This document shows positions 36,006-49,143 of a stretch of 64,000 nt of DNA, one piece after another. Position numbers and translations under genes: made by a program. The first letter of the stretch is position 1. Each line of letters starts with the position of its first letter. Location of the stretch: assembly GCA_032718475.1 (NCBI GenBank), contig JAUCBJ010008373.1:6350-70349 (forward strand), written 5' to 3'. A model generated the notes under the pieces. It worked only from the letters and a program-made list of their open reading frames with translations. It was not told the DNA's origin and did not search any database. The DNA is from Nemertoderma westbladi (taxonomy: Eukaryota; Animalia; Xenacoelomorpha).

Positions 36006-36575
36006 GGTACGTACTAAAAGGTAGAACGATCTATAACGGGCTATAACGATCTATAACGGGCTATAATATGAAAATTTACAATAAAAACACATATTTTAGC
36101 ATGGATTTATTTTCCTAGTCAGTAAATTAATTAAGCAATTTGGTTGTTTTAGTCCATACTGCTTTTCATATTTTTGGTATCATGAAATCAGTCATTATAA
36201 TAAGTCAGCATATATATTCATAATCATAAGTAGTAGTCTGGTAGTGTAGTACGTCGATATGCTGATATAGGCATTGTGTTGTAGTCGATATAGAATAAGC
36301 GAGCAATATAGGCCAATAAAAAAACGAACCAGTACTAACTGCAGTAGGCCTCAATTAGGCATAGGCCTACCCTAATTTTTAACCTGCGGTATTTTTCACA
36401 CCGCAGTGCTAATCCAAAAGTTAAACACACCCTATGGGCGTTTTTTTAATGTAAATTTTCATATTATAGCTCGTTATAGGTGGTTATAGCTTGTTTATAG
36501 GAATTTATAGCCCGTTATAGACCGTTATAGATCGTTATAGCCCGTTATAGATCGTTCTACCTTTTAGTACGTACC
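36006..36575. mobile_element. Mutator-like MITE (570 bp) with 9-bp TSD
   Basis: TIR of ~55 bp, GGTACGTACTAAAAGGTAGAACGATCTATAACGGGCTATAACGATCTATAACGG, at both ends. TSD CTTCTAGTA at 35997-36005 and 36576-36584. Confidence 0.9.
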
Positions 36576-37118
36576 CTTCTAGTAGGCCTTGCTCTCTACG
36601 CGGTTGCGGTTCTACACCCTGCAGCCATGTCCGTCTGCCTGTGACCGGTAGCTTGGCTAGAATATTGGATGTTGCAATTCAACTTTCCAGTTTGACTGTT
36701 CAGCTGCTCACATTTCCCTTCTCAGTGACAAGAAGTAACGAATCTATTTTCTTTCTTTGTATGCCTCTCCGTTTTCTGCTAGGTTACTCTGTTTTAGTCT
36801 GTTACTTCCGTAGTAGTGCGCGGTACTTAGTTCGTTTAGCTGCTTGGTACCTAAGTAGGCCTACAGGAGCAGCTGGAGTATATAACTATCTAAAGTAAAA
36901 GGAAGACTGCTCTGTTGGCTGTGTTGTGTTTGATGCAGTATTTAGCTGTGAGTTGTCTTTTAGTGGTTTCGTCAAACATATAGGCCTATGTGTTACCTTC
37001 AGAATTTCTTTATTAGATTCTGACTTTTACTAATTATCTATGCTAGCTTATCAGCTTCTTGTTATATTGTATTATGTTGATTTCTGATTCCCACATGTAT
37101 CTAGGCCTATTCTAACTG

Positions 37119-37916
37119 ATGAATATTGGTATATTTCGACTGTTTCGAACGAAAATCTCTACCAGAGTTACCGATATCGGTACCACTAGCTTTACCAGTA
37201 AGAATTCGGTGGCAACAATAGTTGGTTTCCGCACAATGGCTTCCATGGTCAACTATCCCTCCAGCAACGGTAAAGGTGACTGCCCGGGGTACTACATACC
37301 GGGGGGAAGTAAAGGTCTAATAGTCTTACAGGAATGGTGGGGTCTCAATGAACAGATCAAAAAGGAGGCCCAAGATATATCGGGTTTAGGTTCCGGGGCT
37401 GTGTCGATCATAGCTCCGGATCTCTATCGTGGCGCTGTCGCCAAGGATAGGGAGACCGCGGGCCATCTTATGGGAGATCTGGACTGGATGGGGGCCGTTA
37501 AGGATGTAGAGGCCACGGCCAAGTACCTGATTGGCCAGGGCTGTACCAAGGTGGGTGTCACCGGTTTCTGTATGGGCGGTGCGTTAAGTTTCGCCGCGGC
37601 CGCTTTAGTCCCCGAGCTCACGGCAGCCGCTCCTTTCTACGGAATTCCCTCCAAGGAACTCGCCGATCTCACCTCCATTAAGATCCCGATCCAATGCCAC
37701 TTCGCTGAGTTGGATGAAGCAGTTGGATTCTCCTCTCCAGCCGAATACAATAAGTTGAGAAGTGAGTTGGAAAGGGCCGGCGTTACGATGGAGTTTCATA
37801 CGTACAAGGCTGGACATGGGTTTACCAATCACGAAAGTCCTCTGGGTACTTACAATAAGGAGTTAGCTGGTCTCGCTCTCAAGCGAATGATGGACTTTAT
37901 GCTCAAACATCTTTAA
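37119..37916 (+). CDS. Dienelactone hydrolase family protein (Usf/carboxymethylenebutenolidase-like), single exon
   Basis: LQEWWG, APDLYRG, nucleophile elbow GVTGFCMGG, PFYGIP, catalytic-His motif AGHGF. Arg/Ser/Thr-rich N-terminal extension. Alternative start at M40. Confidence 0.92.
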   Translation: MNIGIFRLFRTKISTRVTDIGTTSFTSKNSVATIVGFRTMASMVNYPSSNGKGDCPGYYIPGGSKGLIVLQEWWGLNEQIKKEAQDISGLGSGAVSIIAPDLYRGAVAKDRETAGHLMGDLDWMGAVKDVEATAKYLIGQGCTKVGVTGFCMGGALSFAAAALVPELTAAAPFYGIPSKELADLTSIKIPIQCHFAELDEAVGFSSPAEYNKLRSELERAGVTMEFHTYKAGHGFTNHESPLGTYNKELAGLALKRMMDFMLKHL

Positions 37917-38581
37917 GAAACTCTACTTGCTTGGGTATCGTTAGGTTTCAATGAATTAGTTAGGTAATTTTGCTATATTTCTTGTGCTATACGGTTTTTG
38001 TTATTGTTGATGTTATCACGGAAGTTTAAATCTTTTGTAAATGTTAACTTACGCAAGAATTGACCGAAGGTGATTCCAAACCAATATCTCGTGTACTTTT
38101 GAATTCTATCTTTAATTTATTGAGTTACAATCTGTTACTTTTTACAATATTATATTAACTATTATACATTTAAATCACTCAACTCAAATAACTCGAATAT
38201 TATAGTTTTAAGTAGTAAGTATTTTTCCGTATTTTTTTTAAATTAATCCCTTCATTTAAAAAAAATTGGCTGTAAGGTTTGAAAACTTTGAATGTCATTA
38301 TCTCAAAATTATATTTTTAGTTTTTATTTTTTCCTCTTGTTTCTGTTTCTCTGGAATAACTGGACCAAATTGCATAACATTTTCCGCTTATGTTCTTCTA
38401 CTAATCCTTTATAGCTGGTACAACTTTTTTTGGTCCCACGTGTGAGACACGTGTTAAATTACTTCTTTTCAAAATTTCAAACCATTCCGTTGCACCAAAT
38501 CCGCAGTACTTTAAATAACTAATTTTACAATGCTTTTTAATTTACTCGAAACTTATGTATATAGTGGTGGTTTGTACAGTT

Positions 38582-38724
38582 CAGGGGCCGTATTCTTAGT
38601 TCCCACTAGCCACAGGTAGTCAGACTAGATACTGTAGCACAAACTTCGCACTATATTTAGGTTAAATTTCGTGCTATGTTGTCTGACTACTCGTGGGTAG
38701 TGAGAACTAAGAATGCGACCCCTG
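38582..38724. mobile_element. Short hairpin MITE (~143 bp)
   Basis: CAGGGGCCGTATTCTTAGTTCCCACTA...TAGTGAGAACTAAGAATGCGACCCCTG. Inner GTAGTCAGAC/GTCTGACTAC also pair. Confidence 0.8.
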
Positions 38725-39609
38725 AGCGCACATGAGTAGTAATTATTTGTTTTTTTTTCTTACACTATACAATTTTTTTTACCCTTCTTGTTCAGTACTC
38801 TTAGTCATGTATTCCTGGCCTGGGAGCCGATGCTTCAAGATGTCCCCTAACAGCCAATGTAACAATATGTTTCTTAGCCTGTGAGAACTCCAACTCCAAT
38901 ATCTTATATTGTAATTATTAACTTCATACATCGTATAATTATTCTGTTGATATTGTCAGGCCTTATTTTATATACACGGACCTACGAATTCATTATTTCT
39001 TTCATACAAACTCATTGTTAGTTATATTTTAAATATCTCGTTGTCCTCGTTACTCGCATTCAAAGAGTTTGTCGTGATCCCAGTTAATGTTATAGCAGTA
39101 TTTTACTATATTTATCCATCTGATCACAATAACACGAGATGAGATGGCCAAGTGTATTAATTAGGGTTGAGCACAGTGGCTGCAAATTATTGGTATTGGC
39201 AGAGGGGAGGCCAAAAACTACTACTACTATAATCTGCATGCTGCATTGGAACTGCACATTGAGATGCTATGATGGCTTAACAAAAACATTTCATCACATG
39301 AAAAACCCATGTTTTTTCTAATTTTTCAATAAAAAAATGGAGAAATATTATGAAATTAAGAATACTGCCCAAAATTTATTGAAGCTTATGAAATTACCTT
39401 TCATATAAATCAAAAATTTCAAAAACGGTTAAGAAATGGCGGAGGATTAGTATTTTTCGTGTGAAAAAAATGTCATTTAGAGATAATTGCCTTCAAAGTT
39501 CAAACCTTCCCGCGCCAAATTTCTGCCCGTGAGTTAATATTAATTTCTGCCGTGAGAAGGTTAGCCTACCTAATTGTAATATCTGCCGAGGCTGACAGTT
39601 TGTTATGGG

Positions 39610-40940
39610 CCAGCTGGCCAGGGGTGTTTGAAAAAGGTGGACTGGACACAGAAAACATGGACAATGGACAGACCAATCACGGGCGAGTTGCGTCACACAG
39701 CATGTCCACCCTTTTCAGCTTTGTTTTTTATCTTTTTCAAATTTGAATAAGATGGACAGGGTTGAGAAAGAACAGGCAATAAATTGACCAATCAGATTTA
39801 TCTGCACATTAGGCTATAGCAGCTCTGTTCACGTTTTTCAAAAATTTTCAGATGTTTTTATGGATAATTGTTATTATTATCCCATACTGCCATGCTTATT
39901 GTTACCAACCGAAGTTGTCCATAAGTAGTTCAATAATCTGATAATATGGGGGGGCTAGCCACGAAGTCTGTGAGCTGAGCCTTAGCATCAATATGTGAAC
40001 GTTAATATTCTAACACATTATAACGTTAATTAATAACTACTGTATCTATTGTACGGTAAAAATATAATATGCTTTGTTTACCGTTCGTCCCGAGATCTGA
40101 TATTAAACGACCGAGCGCAGCGACGCTAGCGATGGTATGTAAATAAGTCAGATCGAGGCGCGAAAAGGTAAATAAAAGGTATTTTGTTTGTTGTACAATA
40201 GGCCCCCTATGTAGTTTTATTGTCACAATCATGCTTATTATTATTATAATTACTTTATTAAAATAATCAATTAATTAATTAATAATTTTGTCAATATTGC
40301 ACCGCAGATTTTCTTCGTGAAAAACTTGAAAAAGGTGGACAGTCCAATCACTACAAAACAGCATTGCTTGATACGTACGTTTCTGATTGGTCTGTCCACT
40401 GTCCCTGTTTTCTGTGTCCAGTCCACCTTTTTCAAAACCCCAGGTGGCCAGGGGTGTTTGAAAAAGGTGGACTGGACATAGAAAACATGGACAATGGACA
40501 TACCAATCACGTGCGATTTGCGTCACACAGCATGTCCACCTTTTTCAGCTTTCTTGTCCACCTTTTTCAAATTTGAATAAGGTGGACTGGGTTGAGAAAG
40601 AGGAGGTAATGAATTGACCAATCAGATTGATTTGCACATTATAGCAGTTCTCCACGTTTTTTAAAAAATGTCAGAAGGTTTTTATGGATTAATATTGTTA
40701 TTATTATCCCATACTTACTGTGACCAACCGAATTTGTCGAAATAGGCCTAGTTCAATAATATGGGGCGAGCCACGAAATCTGTGAGCTGAGCCTTAGCAT
40801 CAATATTGGAACGTCAATATTCTAACTCATTACAGTATGTTAATTATAATAACTATCTATTAATTGTACTGAGGGGGAAATATAATATGCTTTATTTACC
40901 GTTCATCCCGAGATCTGTTATTAAACGACCGAGCGCAGCC
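39610..40940. repeat. Two ~500-bp direct copies of a repeat plus an inverted partial copy (AAAAAGGTGGAC family)
   Basis: 39615-40120 is similar to 40445-40938. Inverted segment at 40390-40440. Related piece at 42039-42152. Confidence 0.85.
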
Positions 40941-42227
40941 TGGGAGGTAAATAAGTCCACATATTTTGGGAGTGGCGGTCCGAAACCCTAATTCAAAGTG
41001 GAAATGGGGGCCCAAAAGCTTAATTAAAACTGTCATGTAACCCCAACCTTAAATATTTTGGATCCTAAATTCCACAAAATTTCTTAGATTAGAACTTCAA
41101 GGTTATAGGGTTACTAATGACAGTTTTAATTAGGGTTTGGGCCTGACCAACTAACCCAACCACAAAAATAAACCAATAAATCCAAGTTAAAGTGCTGTAC
41201 CGTACGCTAGACCTACTACAGTACAGGCCACCAGAAAACGCAGATTTGTTCAAATGTGAACACATTTGATCAAATGTGTACCAGTGTAATGTAATGTTGT
41301 TGACAATTGAATATAATTGAACATATTTGAATTGGCTACAACCAACATTTTTTCGTCAAAGGATACATTTGAATAATTTTTAAACGCTTAGTAATCTGGA
41401 AACTCTCTGTAGTTTGCCGAGAACTGTCACTCACTGCAGCTGGAAATGCGATAAGGTTTTTGTTTGCCTTTATAGTGTGCGGTTAATAGTGTCTAGTAGG
41501 CCTATAGTTAGTGATGTTAAGGTTTTGCTGGTCGTTTCTGTGACTGTGCCCTCTCGCTGTCAGGCAAATGGCGCGACATCTGCCTGCACTAAATTAATTA
41601 TTCAATGGTCTAGGCTCCTCCATCCATATACCAATCCACTCCCAAACACTCCATGAACCTCCATGTGGTGTTCCTCTCTAGGCCTACCAATACAGCCCAT
41701 GTCCGCAATGTTACGCCCTGGGGGCTCTCTCATCTACCTTATATCAGACATAAAGGCGCAAGCACCGCACACAAAGTTTTCCCTTTGTTGGTCCCAGCAA
41801 GTCAGCCTCCTGCTGTGTGCTCTAGAAGATAACTCGCCATTGAATTAACGTAGTGAGTGACCTGGCAATCAGATAACTTGATAAAATCTGCTTTTTCTGG
41901 TGGCCTGTACTGTATTATTATACTGTAAGTCTATAGGGGGGGGGGGGGGGGGGGGGGGGTAGATACGCCTAGGACACCGACAGCATTCTTAATGCAGCTG
42001 CTTCCAGCATGCCGATTATAGATAGATAATTGAAACCTGAAAAAGGTGGACAGTCCAATCACTAATAAATAGCATTGCTTTAATACGTTTCTGATTGGTC
42101 AGACTATTTATTATCTATGTTATTTGTGCATGTGTCCAGTCCACCTTTTTTAAACACACATCTTATTCCTAATTATGTAACTAAGAAAGTAAACTCAGTA
42201 AGCTACAACTGTGACACCACACACAAC

Positions 42228-43168
42228 CATGGCCTACTATATATACGGCCTAACATGTTGTCGATTTGGCCTTAAAAAAAGAGGCCAGTTTTTCTTTACA
42301 CTATTTTAATATTTTGATATGGGGAGAGTTCTATAAATTGTCATTTGCTGCAGTTTGGTCAACTGACGTAATTGAAGTCTCTTCGTTAAGCAAGATACTA
42401 AATTTTATGGTAGCTAGTGTTTTCGGTAGGTTTAGCTAGTAATTTCAACACTGGTTCCGACATCCTACTTCCCTCTATAAATTTTTTGTAGTAGCTTGCA
42501 CTTATTACTATTTGTATAGAACATGTTCCAGAACATGTTAGCTATTCATTTTTAAAAAAGTTATGTTCTAGAACAAATATTTTTTGTTCTAGAACACTTT
42601 TTAGAAAAAAATCTGGATTCTATTTAAAACGCATGGAATCGTTCTAAAACGTGTTTAAAATCAATTAAAAAAAATTTTCAAAATTTTTAAATTTTATTCA
42701 TAATATTTTTTTTTCACAATTTTTTTTATTGACTTTAAACACGTTTTAGAACGATTCCATGCTTTTTAAATAGAATCCAGATTTTTTTCTTCAAAATGTT
42801 CTAGAACAAAAAATATTTGTTCTAGAACATAATTTTTTTAAAAATGAATAGCTAACATGTTCTGGTCTGGAACATTTTCTATACAAATAGTAATAAGAAC
42901 TAGCTACTACAAAAAATTTATAGAGGGAAGTAGGATGTCGGAACCAGTGTTGAAATTACTAGCTAAACCTATCTAAAACACTAGCTACCATAAAATTTAC
43001 TATCTTGCTTAACGAAGAGACTTCAATTACGTCCGTTGACCAAATTGCAGCAAATGGCAATTTATAGAACTCTCCCCATATCAAAATATTAAAATAGTGT
43101 GAAAAAAACTGGCCTCTTTTTTTTAAGGCCAAATCGACAACATGTTAGTTAGGCCATAGTAGGCCATG
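42228..43168. mobile_element. Foldback/MITE, 941-bp near-perfect palindrome with 7-bp TSD (P-superfamily-like)
   Basis: Ends CATGGCCTACTAT...ATAGTAGGCCATG. Arms of ~450 bp are reverse complements with centre at ~42695. TSD ACACAAC at 42221-42227 and 43169-43175. Confidence 0.9.
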
Positions 43169-45269
43169 ACACAACCCATAACTCAGTCCTGCAGTCTGTC
43201 AGTAAAACTGAGCTACTGCTGTACTGTAGTACTACAGTACTACTGTACTATAACTACTGAACTACACCTGTACACATCACACAGACAGACTATGACTAGA
43301 ACTGCAAAATTTGAAATTAGTTAGTAGATGACAGGTGGCATGATACATGATAGGCCTACCAGTATGTGATGTGGGCAGTCAGTGCAGTGGGAGTGCTGGA
43401 GTGAGGGTTCTGTTTCTGTCAGTCTGTAGCATGTAGGCCTAATGCTGTAATGCAGTAATGTGTTTGTGTTATACTGTTATATTGCTGTAATGGCTGAATG
43501 GTGCCGCAGTAGTGGGCCTACTGCTACTGCAGTACTGCAATACCTGCCAGCCTGCGTACCTCGAACCGGTAGCGTAATCTAGTATCTAGTGCAGTACCGG
43601 TACTACTGTAGTAGGCTACTGTAGTAGGCCTACCGGTACCGTAAACCGTTGAGAGCTGGTGTATCATGTATTGCTGTCTCGTCTATAGGTCTAGACTGCC
43701 ATGACATTAGACTGACATGCCGTAACATTGATAGGCTATTGCAGTATTCTGATTGAGCCTACCACTGTACCATACAGTAGGCCTAACCGTAACCTACCCG
43801 TACCGTACCGTAACCCTGTTATAGAACATACCGGTTCTGCCTAAAGATAAGCTGAGGTAAATGCTATTGTGCTATAATGGCTGCCCATAAAACATTTCGT
43901 ATAAAACAGAAACTGGGACACAAACAAAAACAGAACCGACCGATACCGCAATGGGTACGAATGAAAACAGGAAATACAATTCGCTACAACGCGAAGAGAC
44001 GCCATTGGCGACGAACGAAACTCAAGTTGTAGTTTATATGTTATATCTCAGTATGTGGAGGCGGGAGAGTTGGAAAAAAACTGCAGTGGTGAGACAAGGT
44101 GGAAGATCTGAGGATAAGTAGGCCTACTCCGAACCTCGCCCGCTACGCTGGCTGAGTTGATGGTAAACGGTAAACTGTCGATGAATTTTCAATCAGACTG
44201 TGGTGTGGTATCCAGTATTCGCTATTTCCTGGTGTACTTCAATTTTCTTTATTGTTGGAAATTAAGGTTCCATTTACATTTTGATTGTTCATTGTGTGCC
44301 TAGGTGAACGTTGGTTATTCCACTTCTGAATATTTGATCAGTTTACATTACCAGTGACTCCTCCGGTGCATTTTCTAGATTTGTTAGCCATGGCTGGTTA
44401 TATCTGTATATAACACATATAAAAGTTAATTGTTAAACTGAGATTAAAAAATATTTTAATTCCCCCCCCCCCTTCTTGATTTGATTATTTATTTCACTTA
44501 TTCAAGGTGCCCTTAATCCCCCCCCCCCCCCCCCCCCCCCTCGGCCAACACAAAGGGAATATGGGAGTAATGTATTACATAGTTGAACTACCGGGACATG
44601 GTGTATATAATAATAGGTGCCAAATAAAGTCTAGGAGAAGAAGAAAAGAGAAAATAAACAACTGTATACCAATGTGACAAACAAAACGTATGGGAACGAA
44701 GCACCTTTTTCAAGTGTAAGACAAGTGTACGGTATTGAGTTTTGTTTTTTGCGTTGTTTTTATCCTTCAACGGTTGGCAAAAATTTAATTTTAAATTGTG
44801 CTCAAATTTCTGAATGTCGTGGTGTGTGTAAATATATTTTTTTTGTACAGGTATAGTAATTACTAAATGCGATATTGAGAGAACATAATCTACCACAGAA
44901 ACGTAGTAACTATTATCACGACAAATATTTTATTCAAAAATAAAATATATGTAACCCCGTAGGTAGATGGGAGTGTTGGGACTGGATAATATTAATATAT
45001 AACTTTATACGGTGGTGCATACTGCATATAGCATAGAGGCTATGCGAATTGATGAATTCGGAGTTTTGTGTTCCATCATTAAAAATTTAATAATATAATT
45101 AGATTTTACTGAGGAATGCTAAATTGTATCTTACGAATTATTTTGCATTTAACCAAAACCAGAGAACAACAAAAGGGCGTATACTAACAACAATAGGGCG
45201 TATACTAACAACAATGGTGCGTATACTAACAACAAAGGGTTTCCTCATAATGATGATTAGCTTGCACTA

Positions 45270-47197
45270 AGGTGCAGTGTCGGCAGACCCAGAAACATAG
45301 CGCCCCCTACCGGCGGACCCAGCAACATAGCACCCCCTACAGGCGGACCCAGTAACATAGCGCCCCCAACCGGCGGACCCAGCAACATAGCGCCCCCAGA
45401 TCTTGCGGTCACCCACACACAGCGCTGACGGACCCAGCAACATACAGTGCCGGTGGACCCAGCAACATAGCGCTTCCAGATCTCGCGGTAAGCCACACAC
45501 AGTGATGGTAGAGCCAGCAACATAGCGCCCCCAGATCTCGCACCCAGATCTCACGGTCAGCCATACACAGTGCTGAAGGACCCAGAAACATAGCGCCCCC
45601 AGATCTCGCGGTCAGCCATACACAGTGCCGACGGACCCAGTAACATAGCGCTCCAGTTCTCACGGTCAGACATGCACACACAGTGCAGGTGGACCCAACA
45701 ACATAGCGCCCCCAGATCTCGCGGTCAGCCATACACAGTGCAGGTGGACCCAACAACATAGCGCCCCCATTTCTCATGGCCAGCCACATACACAGTGCGC
45801 GGGTGAACCCAACAACCTAGCTCCCCCAGATCTCATGGCCAGCCACATACACAGAGCAGGCGGACCCAGCAACATAGCACCCCCAGATCTCTTGGCCAGC
45901 CACATACACAGTGTAGGCGGACCCAGCAACATAGCACCCCCAGATTTCACGGTCAGCCACACACAGTGCAGGCGGACCCAGCAACATAGCGCCCCCAGAT
46001 ATGACGGTCAGCCTTACACAGTGCCGACAGACCCAGCAACATAGCGTCCCCAGATCTCACGATCAGCCACACACAGTGCCAGCAGACCCAGCAACATAGC
46101 GTCCCCAGATCTCACGGTCAGCCTTACACAGTGCCAGCAGACCCAGCAACATAGCGCCCCCCACACCTCATGGCCAGACACACACAGTGCTGACAGACCC
46201 AGTAACATAGCGCCCCCAGATTTCATGGACAGCCACATACACAGTGCCGGCGGATCCAGCAACATAGCCCCCCCAGAACTCACGGTCAGCCACATACACA
46301 GTGCAGGCGGACCCAGCAACATAGCGCCCCCAGATATGACGGTCAGCCTTACACAGTGCCGACAGACCCAGCAACATAGCGTCCCCAGATCTCACGGTCA
46401 GCCACACACAGTGCCAGCAGACCCAGCAACATAGCGTCCCCAGATCTCACGGTCAGCCTTACACAGTGCCAGCAGACCCAGCAACATAGCGCCCCCCACA
46501 CCTCATGGCCAGCCACACACAGTGCTGACAGACCCAGTAACATAGCGCCCGCAGATTTCATGGACAGCCACATACACAGTGCCGGCGGATCCAGCAACAT
46601 AGCCCCCCCCCCCCCCCCCCCCAGATCTCGCGGTTAGCCACACACAGTGCCAGCAGACCCAGCAACATAGCGCCCCCAGATCTCGCGGTTAGCCACACAC
46701 AGTGCCAGCAGACCCAGCAACATAGCGCCCCCACACCTCATGGCCAGCCACACACAGTGCCGGCAAATCCAGCAACATGGCGCCCCCAGAACCCACGGTC
46801 AGCCATACACTACGCAGTGCCGGTGGACCCAGCAACATATCGCCCCCACACCTAGTGGCGAGCCACACAGTGCGAGCGGATCCAGCAACATAGCGCCCCC
46901 AGACCTCATGGTCAGCAATACACAGTGCCAGCAGACCCAGCAACATAGCGCCCCCAGACCTCATGGTCAACACACACACAGTGCCGGTGGACCCAGCAAC
47001 ATAGCGCCCCCAGATCTCACGGTCAGCCATACACAGTGCCGACAGACCCAGCAACATAGCACCCCCAGATCTCGCGGTCAGCCATACACAGTGCAGGTGG
47101 ACCCAACAACATAGCGCCCCCAGATCTCGCGGTCAGCCATACACAGTGCAGGTGGACCCAACAACATAGCGCCCCAGATCTCACAATCAGCCATAGT
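45270..47197. repeat. GC-rich ~55-bp minisatellite (CAGATCTCACGGTCAGCCACACACAGTGCCGGCGGACCCAGCAACATAGCGCCCC)
   Basis: More than 30 tandem copies. The first few are 30-bp sub-units. A higher-order duplication spans ~45990-46270 and ~46325-46600. Confidence 0.95.
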
Positions 47198-47958
47198 TCA
47201 AAGATCTAGGAGGGGCATGTTCGGTGTCTTGCAGCAATGATTACTATATTGCTCATAGAATATTGGTTACAGGATTTGAATGTACTAATTGTAATTTTTT
47301 GTTTAACAGAACTAAACTCTACTGGTGGTGGGTTTTATATAAGCTGTTAGAACTAGATGTATCATTGCCTATATTGGGTTACGGTTATTGTTGAGAGTTC
47401 TTTTAAATTATATTATTTTTTGTTCATCAGTAAAATTAATATTTTACATTTAATATTATTTTAACGAGCCTGAACAGTAATTAATTATAGGTTATATCGT
47501 TTCGAGAGTAGGACCATTGGAAACAGCGCCCTCGAAAACCTTAGTACAAAGAAAATTAATAAAGAGGGGCGTATAGATGATGAATATATAGTATGTGTGG
47601 AGAAATGAGTGGCAGATTGGAGAACTGCATACGGAACAGGCACCATAAAATAAAACATCGCCCCATAGGAGATAACTGTCAAATTTCATCTCAAAAGGAT
47701 TAAAAACAACCAAATGAGATCAGGTTTTCACTGTCAGACATTTCGCCCTCTAACGGTAGACTACGGAACTGTAGATGACTCCACGACTCCGTAAAGATGC
47801 AGCCTATGCTGTAGTAGATGCCAACCAAGTTTAAACCTAAGCGGATTGTAAATAACAAAGTTGGAGACGATTTTCACTTTAAGACCATTCGCGCTCTAGC
47901 GGCAGACTAGGGAACTGTAGACTACTCTGGGTAGAGGTGTCACTTGATGACACCCTTT

Positions 47959-48240
47959 GGGCAGCTTTGTGGCAGTTGTGATAACCATTGGGTGTCAGGC
48001 GCTAATCGGTCTGATTAATTAGAATAATCAATTAAACCCCAATGAGGTGTCATAAGACACCTACCTATTAGGGTGTAATTGTACTAATTAATTGATGACA
48101 CCTGTTAATTAGGGTCTAATTAGCCTAATTAGAAGGTTTATCCAGACACTCTGGCGCCAATGACACTCTATGGGTGATAATTGGGTGTCATATGACACCC
48201 AATGGGTGTCAGTTAGGTCGTAACTGTCACAAAGCCACCC
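47959..48240. mobile_element. Small TIR element rich in GGTGTCA/TGACACC motifs
   Basis: GGGCAGCTTTGTGGCAGTTGTGA ... TCGTAACTGTCACAAAGCCACCC imperfect inverted ends. Confidence 0.6.
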
Positions 48241-48254
48241 AAACTCCTACTACT

Positions 48255-48525
48255 CATAGCGTCCCCAGATCTCACGGTCAGCCACACACAGTGTCGATGG
48301 ACCCAGCAACATAGCGCCCCAGATCTCGCGGTCAGCCATACAAACTGCCGACGGACCCATACACAGTGACGGCGGACCCAGCAACATAGTTCCCCAGATC
48401 TCATGGTCAGTCATACACAGTGCCGGCGGACCCAGCAACATAGTGCCCCAGATCTCACAGTCAGCCATAGGCCCTACATAGTGCGAGCGGACCCAGCAAC
48501 CTAGCGCCCCCAGATCTCACGGTCT
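48255..48525. repeat. Second block of the ~55-bp minisatellite (~5 copies)
   Basis: Same GGACCCAGCAACATAG...CAGATCTC unit and orientation as 45270-47197. Confidence 0.9.
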
Positions 48526-48677
48526 CCCTTACACTTCCCTATTTCATCCCTGGTCACAGATCGGTGTCCTTAAGCATACGAGCAAGTCATTGTGGACATG
48601 CAGTATCCTGGTATCTTCCTCATAATAGCCCTTTTAAGAAAAGATCACCTCGAAGCATCGAAGCTGGTATGGTACCT

Positions 48678-49143
48678 CGGTACGGTACCTCTTGGATGGC
48701 GGTACGGTACCTCTTGGATGGCGGTACGGTACCTCATCGAGGGCGGTACGGTACCTCATCGATGGCGGTACGGTACCTCTTGGATGGCGGTACGGTACCT
48801 CTTGGATGGCGGTACGGTACCACATCGATGGCGGTACGGTACCTCATCGATGGCGGTACGGTACCTCATCGATGGCGGTACGGTACCTCATCGATGGCGG
48901 TACGGTACCTCTTGGATGGCGGTACGGTACCTCATCGATGGCGGTACGGTACCTCTTGGATGGCGGTACGGTACCTCATCGATGGCGGTACGGTACCTCA
49001 TCGATGGCGGTACGGTACCTCATCGATGGCGGTACGGTACCTCTTGGATGGCGGTTCGGTACCTCATCGATGGCGGTACGGTACCTCATCGATGGCGGTA
49101 CGGTACCTCATCGATGGCGGTACGGTACCTCATCGATGGCGGT
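48678..49143. repeat. 22-bp tandem repeat GGTACGGTACCTC(ATCG/TTGG)ATGGC, ~21 copies
   Basis: Two interspersed variants and no spacers. Confidence 0.95.

Noticed and set aside
41936-41959. Long poly-G/poly-C runs (also ~44518, 46603, 58652, 60762)
   Set aside because: Simple homopolymers of unreliable length with no associated structure.
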